Positions 8,053-16,967 of a stretch of DNA of 20,000 nucleotides are shown piece after piece (position 1 is the stretch's first letter; each line of letters starts with the position of its first letter). This stretch comes from Catajapyx aquilonaris (taxonomy: Eukaryota), in contig KZ538080.1 of NCBI GenBank assembly GCA_000934665.2, positions 110,153-130,152 on the forward strand, read 5' to 3'. The notes under the pieces were generated by a model, which worked only from the letters and a program-made list of their open reading frames with translations, was not told the DNA's origin and did not search any database. A program made the translations under genes and the position numbers.

Positions 8053-11000
8053 ATGGTGCTGCAGTCGCCTCAGGTAAAAAGATGGCGCCGACCTGTGCGT
8101 AACGGATTTCAGGCGCGGTTTACACCACCTCGAGTCGGACGGTTTTTATTCCATCGAGAGATTATTATTATTTTTGCATTAGAGAGCGAGAAGGGTCCAG
8201 GATGTTGCGGACTGTCACAGAGATGGAAGTCTCGCCTATGGTGAGTGGACGAGCTGACTGCACGAAAAGTGTAAAATGCGTACTGTATTAACAATTTTTC
8301 AGTGAATCCGACAATAGTAAATAATAATAATTGGGATTAATGACAATGTTCAAAATATGTACAGACATTCGTCACTGTCATGCCAAATTATTATAAGAGC
8401 TTGAATCCATTCTGTACGCTCATAGTATATTCAAGTGCTTTCCTTCAGGTTCAGTTCCATAGTGCCCTGAATGACAACCTGTATATGCGCTGCAAGATTG
8501 TGTCACAGCTAGCAGAGACATGCAGCAATAAGGACCTGCAGAGCATTTATTCCGTTCTGGTGGAGAACATCTTTGGCTTGAATGGCCAAACTACATGGGG
8601 ACTTAAAACCATATCCAGGAAGCAGCAACCAAGTGAATTTAACCTTCTGATATACTTCTTGGGACCTGATGGGCCGGTGTTCAAGATGATCTACCGACTC
8701 ATGGCTGACAACTACCTGCGATATGATTTTTCCATTTCCTGCCTCCCTGTAAGTATGGAGTACTTTAAAGCCCGAGTCTGCAAGTAAAATTTATACTCTT
8801 GTATATTTCCAGAGCAACACTCGCAACCTCTTCAATGAAGGGGTGGTGCCACAGTTTTATTCCAACAAGGTTCAGATTCATCCCCACACCCGCACTATTG
8901 TTGGAATATCACTCAGTATCCTTTTAATTACTTGTTACACTGCATCATGGCCACATTTTTAACAAATTCTTTCTGATTGTTAACTTAACTTTTGTCAGAT
9001 GCATTTGAGTTTTACTTTTTCCACTTTGCTTACTTCATTCTGAACCCGATGCAGCACCGAACAACGCAGATGGGAGCAATAGGGGAGTCCTTGTACTCTT
9101 CCTTGATGGAAAGTTACGCCAACTATTTCCTCCCACTGAAGGGGCAAGTGGTTCCACACCTTCCGTATCATGTTCACCTGAATTCCCCGTCACCACTGTA
9201 CAGTACATCTCCAGATATTGGAAGGTATGTATTTGCTCTATTGGACATTTTCTGGCATTTTAAAGAGCTGCATAATGTGTCTGGAAAAGTGTGCGTAACG
9301 GGACACTCCGTCACAGTCCAATTGCTGTGTGTTTACTACACTTTGTGACCCTTGTTTGACTTGCTTACAAACCTTATTGGTCTTTTTTCCCCCCCTGCCA
9401 GCTTGAACAGTTACTACACCTCTCCTACTGCACTCAAGACAGCCAAGTCTCCTGGCCTGCTTCGTCCAACAACTTTGATGAAGCAGAACTCCAGCTCTAC
9501 TTCTCTTCATTCCCCACTGCCTCCACAGAGCCACCAGATAGAGACTTGGCGGAGTGAAACAGTTGCCCATACCTTGATTGAATTCTGGCTCAACCATGGG
9601 ATCTCCCCGGCTGATGCCAGGAAGCATCCACCCCATCACATACAGCCAACTCTGGGCGGTTTCAGCCCCCCACAAGACACCTTCCTTCCAAGCTACGATC
9701 ATGTGCGGATGGTGCGGGTTCTGATTAAGCGCTTCCACTACTTCATCAACAGCCCTGACACTCTCTCTCCACTGGATGAGGTCAAGAGAGCACTGGTGCC
9801 TCCATTTCAGCGAAGGGCATACCGTTTCTTCTGCCACACATTTGACCATTGGCCACTTGATGCATCTTTTCGACTTATACTTGAAGCATGGCTCAGCTAC
9901 ATTCAACCCTGGAGATATGTGGACCCAGCAATAAAGTGAGTCTTCATTTTAGTTAACTGAAAGAACAAAACAGGTTTTCATGTGGCCTGGAGCATCACAT
10001 CCTACGTTAATTATGCAAGAATCGTTGCAATTACATAAATTCTATCCATTTAAATATGTAATGCGCTTATAAAACCTGTCTTTGTTTCAGGGATGTAAAT
10101 GATCACCGGGAGAAGTGTGTGGACAACAAGTGGCAAACCTTTATCCTGAACAACCTCTTGTTTTACACAGCCATTTTCAACCGTCTCCTGCCACACTTCT
10201 TTCGTGTTGACCTCACCACCTGCAAAAATGCTTTCATGCTTTTTCGCATATCCAAGATATTTTATTTGTCAAATTTGACCACCCTCATCCGAAATGCTGA
10301 GGATTTCTTAGTAGATCCTCGTGCGCCTCACCTCTCTGGACTGAGCCCAGGGGGAAGCAATTTGTCAGGTGGAGGAAGCTACCTATCAGATGGTGGGCCA
10401 ATGGCCAAGAGTGCTGCTGCACTTCGACAACAAATGGCTGACCTTGAGTGCCCTGGGTTTGCGTACCAGTCCATGTTCTCACCTGAGACTCGTACAGTTG
10501 TCAGTCAACTAATTGGCCATGCAATGCAGGCAAAAGCAACCTTACAGGCTCAAAAAGCTGAGACTGCCAGCCGTGGTAATGATTCTTCAATGTGGGGTGC
10601 CCTGGCAGGTCTGTTCTCACCACAACCCTCTAACCCTGAGGGTGAGGACTACATAGCTGAAGATTGCCATGCAACTTGCGAGTACTTGGAGCAATCTATG
10701 ATTTACTTGCGTGTCATATATGGTGATGCCCCCCAGTTGGAACTTCCAGGCGACTTGAGTGTGAGGCCAGTGACACCACTATCGCACTCCCAGCAATTGG
10801 AGCAACCAGAACAGATGATGACTGCTGAAGGTCCTGTGCTGACTCCTCGGGGTCGGTGGCAGCTGATAAATCGGCAGTGCAGGACAAACCCAGTGTATCA
10901 AGGGAATCCAGACCTGACTCTCATTAGGAGTGACGAGAGTGCTGTTGTCGTGCGCATGCTGCATCATCTGTGCTCCACTCTAAACAGCAAGGTGTGCATG

Positions 11001-11586
11001 TAATCTAATGTTATTGCAGCTGCTAGTCATCTAAGTCTTGATACTTCCAGCTGCCATTGGCTGCAAGGTCAAATCAATATGGTTTTCTATGCATTATTTT
11101 GAATTTTCAAAAATGAAAAGTCCCAAAGTGAGTTAAGTGAATAAAAAGACAGTACACTTCTTACCTACTTTTCATGGATGTGGGTAAGACTGCAGTTTAA
11201 TTTGTGGACATTCTGCTCTTGACAGTCTCACACCAGTAACACATACCTTGTTGTATTTCCAGTATGGGACCGAGATGCAAGATTTGTACCTGCAGCGCAA
11301 CTTGCGTGGACAGATGGCACGGCAGATATTGGAGCCACCAACAATCTACTATGAGCAGAAGGAGGCAGGTCGTCAGCAGGTGGTGCTGCCACCCAGACTG
11401 TGCCTCCGTCCACTGGCCCGCTATTGCAACCTGGCCTACCTGGCTGTCTATTACGTACTTGCATATGCAATTCTGAATAAGGGGATATTCCCAACCACAC
11501 TGGTCCTGCTCTTTTTTGCATTTGGAATTGTCGTATTCAAGGCGCTGCTGGAGCCATGGTTTGGACACCCACCACCTTCCAGTTAG
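8053..11586 (+). CDS. SMPD4: Sphingomyelin phosphodiesterase 4 (nSMase3) homolog, about 802 aa, 7 exons, C-terminal transmembrane anchor
   Basis: Exons 8053-8073, 8449-8748 (LVENIFG...WGL...FLGPDGPVFKMIYRL...YDFSISCLP), 8813-8915, 8999-9224 (NAFEFYFFHFA), 9402-9935 (ETWRSET...EFWL...DHWPLDASFRLILEAWLSYIQPWRY), 10091-10991 (W..FILNNLLFYT...YQGNPDL..IRSDE..VVRML) and 11263-11586 (hydrophobic C-terminus). Phases are consistent, total 2409 nt. The start codon is uncertain. Confidence 0.93.
8916..8998 (+). other. U12-type (minor spliceosome) GT-AG intron, SMPD4 intron 3, 83 nt, phase 1
   Basis: 5' splice site GTATCCTTTT is a perfect U12 consensus. Branch-point-like AACTTAAC at 8982-8989 has its A about 10 nt before the AG, with only a short U run and no long polypyrimidine tract. 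Splicing restores ...ISL-N-AFEFY. Confidence 0.9.
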
Positions 11587-11930
11587 TTTGGTTATATTTT
11601 TATACATTTGTATTCATTCTATCATATTGTGATTAAATCTTGTACAGTTTGATTGCAATAACATGAGTTGTTGAAGTTTGCCACTATGAAGCTGCTTTAG
11701 ATTTTTAAATTCTGCATTACGTTACCAATCTGTGTGTATGGCAAGGTTGAATAGCCTGGTTTACTCGGATGATGTAAATTAGAATCAGGCTGTTTGGGAA
11801 ATATAGAGGGGAAACACACACACAACCTAGAATCTCACATGTAAGTGCAATGCAGGATTTCTGGATTTACCGTTGATCACATAAGTAATTGGTCAAAAGC
11901 AAGTAAAACAACATGCACTTGGTATTCCAC

Positions 11931-13008
11931 CTAATTTATATCAACATCATCATCCATATCTTCACTACTCATTTCCTCAGCAATTCCAGAGAGGTGGGAA
12001 TCATCATCTGTCAGCTTCCTTTGATCCCCAATTTCCTCATTCTCATCGGGTGTCCCTTCATTCACCTTATGCATCAGTCGCCTTTCTTGGTGCTTCTGCT
12101 TGCCGGAGTGCTGGCTGAAGCTCTTACGGACACGATGGGGGTCAAAGTAGATGTCTTCCAACACCGTGGGAAGTTGTGGGAAGTCAATTACAGACTCGTG
12201 GCCAGATCCTGTCTCAGGGTAATGCTCATTAGCACCTCCACGAAGGCTCTTCAGACTTTGAGCTGACTTGGGACTTCTGGAAGAACCTGGGGAACTAATT
12301 GGTCCAGGAGAAGACCAAAAGATGAGTTGGAACACCCACAGAGTGTTTTAAGACCTTAGATGTAACGTACGTTAGCTAATGTGGATTAAGGGCAATGGAA
12401 GTAGAACTTTGCCTCCAGAAGTTACAGATAACCACGTTACAGTAAATGTTAATATCAAACTTTCAGGACTTATTGCCACCCTGGAATTGTAGTTAGTACC
12501 TGGGTGACCTGGGAACGTCAAACGTTCCATCGCTGTCCTTCTTGCATTTAGCCTCCAGTTGATTTATCCGGTCAATGGTTGCTGAAAAAGTTCCACCAAA
12601 CAGGTTTGGGGTCATCTCAGGAAATTCAGCGTCATTGTCCTCCGTCTCCTCCTCAAGGATGTTGAGCAGCCTCTCCAACTCCTTGCTGATGGAGTGACAA
12701 AAGGGTGTGGTGGAAGGCATCTGCACATCTTCCAAGGTGCGAATGCAGGTTTTGCAGAGCCCTTTGGATAACAGCAAGAGGTACTTCCCCAGGGTACGAA
12801 GAGTCCCCACGTTGCGGCTAGCCTTCAAGATCAAGGTTCTTAGTTGTGCCAGCTGCTTCTCTGCAGTGTGGGCCTCTTCCTTCAACTCCATGGCCAACTC
12901 CGCAATATCTGTCGCAGATCTGAGCCCTACCTCTGCTTGCTGGACTGGGTCAATTCGAGGGCCAGCATGCAAAACACCCGGCTCCATACCCTTAGCTTTT
13001 TGAGACAT
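11931..13008 (-). CDS. Uncharacterised protein, about 285-290 aa: N-terminal coiled coil and disordered S/T-P-rich, acidic C-terminus
   Basis: Two long ORFs with coding-like composition are joined by a phase-2 intron: exon 13008-12500 (donor CCCAG|GTACTA) and exon 12294-11931 (acceptor ATTAG|; alternative TTCCAG| at 12276). The true start may be MEPG, or further upstream exons may exist. No family recognised. Confidence 0.72.
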
Positions 13009-13279
13009 ACAGAATTTTGTACAGAAAATTTAAATCCAAAATGCAAAATATGGCAAATTGTTGTGAACTATTGCCAAGGTGCTTACAGGTGATTGTTGCA
13101 ACTTTAACTGTTGTCCTCTCAATTGTCACAGGTAATGAAGCTGATTATGACGCATTTCAGTAATTAATCACAGAAGCTGGTATTACTGCATTTTATAGCC
13201 ACTTGATACCAGTTCGGTAAGGCAATATCGCATAGGTAGGCCTACCCAAATAATGAGCTGCAATGAAGAGCATTGTTAA

Positions 13280-13570
13280 CCCTGGAACTGTTCCGTGCCT
13301 ATGAGTATTACGGCAACCGTGCCGTGGGGTCTTTTCGGATCCCACCACCACCATATTTTAATTTTTATTAATTATTATAATAATACTTTTCAATGTGTTG
13401 ACTATATACAATAATTCTTTGAACTATGCCTAAAATGATCGCTAATTCAAAATAAACATGCACTTCCTGTTATATACTGTAAAAAAAAATGGCAGAAGTT
13501 CATTGTAATGATCATTTTAATGCATTTTTTTCCTTGGGGTCCAAAAAGACCCCACGGCACGGTTCCAGGG
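13280..13570. mobile_element. piggyBac-type MITE, 291 bp, with TTAA target-site duplication
   Basis: TTAA at 13276-79 and 13571-74; termini CCCT...AGGG. The 36-bp TIR CCCTGGAACCGTGCCGTGGGGTCTTTTYGGAYCCCA has 2 mismatches once a 29-nt insertion (13289-13317) in the left TIR is removed. The interior is AT-rich and non-coding. Confidence 0.88.
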
Positions 13571-13665
13571 TTAATTTTCTCATCAATTGAAGTCTCATTA
13601 TTTATTTTTATTATTATTTTTATTATTTTTACAATAAATGAACATGTCGCTTTATTATTATTTAT

Positions 13666-13900
13666 CACCGAAGCACGTTGGTGTGGAAGATCCTGGGTTC
13701 GAATCCCGGGGCCGACGATCCTGACCGTGGTTTTCTGTGGTTTTCCACGGTCCCCCAGGATAATTCCGGGATCGCTTCCGTATAATAGGCCACAGCCGCC
13801 TCCTTCCTTCTCGATCCTTAGCCCCATCCAATGGTGGTACTCCACCCCCCTATAATGGCGCGCCGATTCTCCCAATGGGGTATAAATGAAGAAAAATAAT
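13666..13900 (+). mobile_element. tRNA-derived SINE, probably 5'-truncated or degenerate, resembling Talua-like SINEs of hemimetabolous insects
   Basis: Pol III B box GGTTCGAATCC at 13696-13706, then CCTGACCGTGGTTTTCTGTGGTTTTCC...CCAGG..AATTCCGGGAT...TAGGCCACAGCCGCCTCCTTCC and an A-rich end. No intact A box or cloverleaf. Confidence 0.75.
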
Positions 13901-15559
13901 TTATCGCTGCCACATAGTGAAAGCTCATGTCAACCACATTTCCCTGTCCATCATCACGAAACATGCCAAAATTGGGTTAACACCCGTCCAAAATAGACCG
14001 CGAGACATCCCAGAAAAAGGCCATCTTGATCCTCCAACATGGCAACCCCGCAGGTGCAGCCCCGTGTTGTGAAAGCCGGCCATCAAGCAGCATGCGTGTG
14101 GTGCACCCCACTCTCTGCCTTTTCCCCTTCCCATGTTTCCTTCTTCTACAATCGGGCATCAGTGTGCCGTCAGCCAGCACTCAGGGAGGACCGCACGGTA
14201 CGTCCCTTTGTTAAAACCAAATCGATGGTTGGTGGTCCTAAAAAGGACGGTTGGCCACATCAAAAGGTAAGCATCATCTAACTGTGTGTTTAAATATTTA
14301 AATAGTGGTCATACACAAAAAAGCCGTATCTACATGACGGTTAGGGTGCGTGGACCTTCAGCGGTATTGATCTGTGACGTAGCTGAGCTGGGTCACTACC
14401 CCGGGTCAATATCTGCAGAGAGTTTTTTGGGGGGTAGATTTATTGCATATACCCTTTGAAAAATAAGTGTACTAAAACCGGGAGAATAAATCAGATAACC
14501 TGGTCTTATCTTTTTTGGTGTAGCGAACCACAACCGTCTTTTTTTCCCCCTTCAAGAAGCGGTTGCCCATGAAAAAATTCACGTGCCATTGAACATCGCC
14601 AATTTTTTGGCCATTGCCTGGGTGTAAGAGAGGCCAACGCTCCTTGTAAATGAATTCGGGCAATTAAGAAAGAAAAAAAAAAGAGGGCACGCCCGAAAAG
14701 GGAGGCATCCTGTTTTGAAGTGGTTACCAAATTTGGGTACACCCGGTGGCAAGGTTCACAAAATTTTGCACATTTTTTTGCACAATTTTTTAGCAAAACT
14801 GCCCACCTGCTCGCCAAATTCGCATTAAATACGCAGGTGGGGAAAAGGTCACCATTTTTGGCAGTATGATGACCTCACCCTCCCACTAGTTTTCCCCATT
14901 TTTCGTGAGTAGCATGCTGGTAATTGGACATTCAATTGGCCTCTAACATACTGTTGCCCCCACGCCAATCCGTTACTTCACACTATCTGCAACGGCTGCA
15001 TTTTTGCATCACCCTGTGTTGCCGCAACAAGGCGGCATTGATCCCCACAAAAGAAAACAGCAGCCAAACGATTTTCTAAGTCAAAACACACACACACACA
15101 CCAAACCCACAAAAAAATGGCTTGGGTCTCAACAGTCTTCTTTCACCACATGTATCCATTTTTGTCCTCCCCNCCTGCCTTACTCATCATCTTAGGTCAT
15201 CCCATGGACCATCACCAAAACACAGGCCCATTCACTAAATTGCAGCGGAAATGGACCCATATTAGCTATATTTGCCAATATTAGTAACTAACAATATTAG
15301 CTTAATAAGCAGGTTAATTTTATATATCTTTGGGGCGGATGTAATGCGGAGGAAGTGGCCTTGAGATTTTACCAGCTGCTATTTTTTTTATCGCCATATT
15401 CAAATAGCCGGCATCTACCGTTACAATGGCTTCGTTCGTTGTTCTCACACCGGTAAAGTTCGTGGTTAATCTTCTGAATCAAGCCTCATTAGTACGTTGC
15501 CTATTAACGTGGCTATCTTGATTTTTGCTTAGAAGGAGGCTTCCTGGGTTAAACTTTTT

Positions 15560-16460
15560 TTTTAAAGTTCACACATGCAAATGTCCAGTATGTGAACATC
15601 CTGGCCTACAATATGTGCCCTTCCCATCCTGGATGAACTAGGGCAGATGTCAATTTGTACCAATTGATTCATGTGTAACTCTGGAGAAACAGTGTGTCTG
15701 CAGAGTGATCAATACTTAGGATTGACTCATTGTTATTGGCACCTGACTTGATCTGGGGTTGGGCCAGCAGGGTTTCCGGCCATTATTTTTACAGTTGAAA
15801 GTCTGGTTGCTAGGGTAAACACTGCAGACTAGGAATCACTTAGAATTTTTGAGAAGGGTTATACCTGGTTATACCATGAAGTTTTGTATGCAAAATGGGG
15901 TTGTCATTAAGGGGGGGCTTCTCCGGATACGGTGGGAACTTATGTCATGAATTTTCTGTAGCGTTCTAGTTTCCAGGACTGGGACCTTGGAAGTCGTTCC
16001 CAAAGTTCTAAATGGGTTAAAAAAGTTCAGTGCGAATCTTTATAGCCCTATGAAGGATCTTTCAAAAGTTTTTAATGGTTTTACATTGTATTTTCAAGTG
16101 GTATATTGGCTGGAGTCACTTAAATCTGGACCCGAATTTGCATGCAGTGTTGCAACATTGTTGAATAACATTTTGCACTGTATCATAGCAGTTAAAATTA
16201 GCATATATGACTTTTGGAGCACCCTGTACCAAGAATGCGGCAGAGTTCGTCGCCCTAAGTCAATAGTACCGGCTCTTGTAGTTAAAACGTGGCTCAAAAT
16301 TTTTGTACAAGTTATATAGATAAAAGGATATGTGTGTAACAATAAAGATAAGGTCTACATGACTGGAGTAATAATAAGCGGTTCTGCCTGAAGCCAATGC
16401 TAAACTGCTTGGAAAAATATTTCCACACGAATGGGTTAGGAAATAATTTTTGAAGCCCTC
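15560..16460 (-). pseudogene. Possible highly decayed piggyBac-like transposase fragment
   Basis: Frame-broken minus-strand peptides: HLP*FIQDGKGTYCRPGCSHT (about 15585-15650, like the piggyBac C-terminal Cys-rich region), HFAYKTSWY (about 15870-15900) and KYF/PSSLALASGRTAYYY (about 16370-16425). No catalytic DDD motifs are visible. Confidence 0.28.
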
Positions 16461-16830
16461 CTGGAATATCCCTGTGGCATTTTCACGTCCATTTGTCAAG
16501 CAGGATTTGTCTGACTTCCGTCTCTCCACACCCATTTCCTGCACAGAAACATTTCTCCGCATCTTGACTGCAGTACAGGGTGCATCAGGTACGACATTAA
16601 AATCAAAAGGCAACTTCGTGATATCCTCTGTTTATTGCCTGTTCTGCCCCATTTAGAGATAAGATTTCGCATCTCCTTTTTCGGGCTCATGGCAAAAAAA
16701 ATCGTACCGGTAAATGAGAGCAGATAATTGCACGAGGGATTTACACATCCCACACTGTGATTAGCCACAGTCGACACCCAATGATTTGCATAATTCTGGC
16801 GATTTTTCTGGATTGCAAATCGCCGGACAG

Positions 16831-16967
16831 GGAGAAACACCGTATCTTCAAAACTATAGTAAGGGTGATAGTGGCATGCATGCACTGTATTAATCCCCCC
16901 TTACTCAGAGGGCAGGGCATGTATGCGACTTTCACCCTTACTAGTTTTAAAGATAGGGTGTTTCTCC
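16831..16967. repeat. Long inverted repeat (hairpin/foldback MITE), about 56-bp arms, 25-nt loop
   Basis: Left arm 16831-16887 (GGAGAAACACCGTATCTTCAAAACTATAGTAAGGGTGATAGTGGCATGCATGCACTG) vs the reverse complement of 16913-16967: 6 mismatches plus one 2-nt indel. Confidence 0.85.

Noticed and set aside
9238..9906. 222-aa minus-strand ORF
   Set aside because: Antisense to SMPD4 exon 5, with no independent coding signal.
13666..13720. tRNA gene suggested by the GGTTCGAATCC T-loop
   Set aside because: No A box, acceptor stem or cloverleaf, and it continues into SINE body sequence.
13447..13875. ORFs of 142 aa (-) and 115 aa (+)
   Set aside because: They run across a MITE end, AT-rich low complexity and the SINE.
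14400..15560. Odd homopolymer-rich stretch with short ORFs
   Set aside because: Many homopolymer runs and an N at 15173 suggest low-quality consensus or decayed repeats; no coherent protein.
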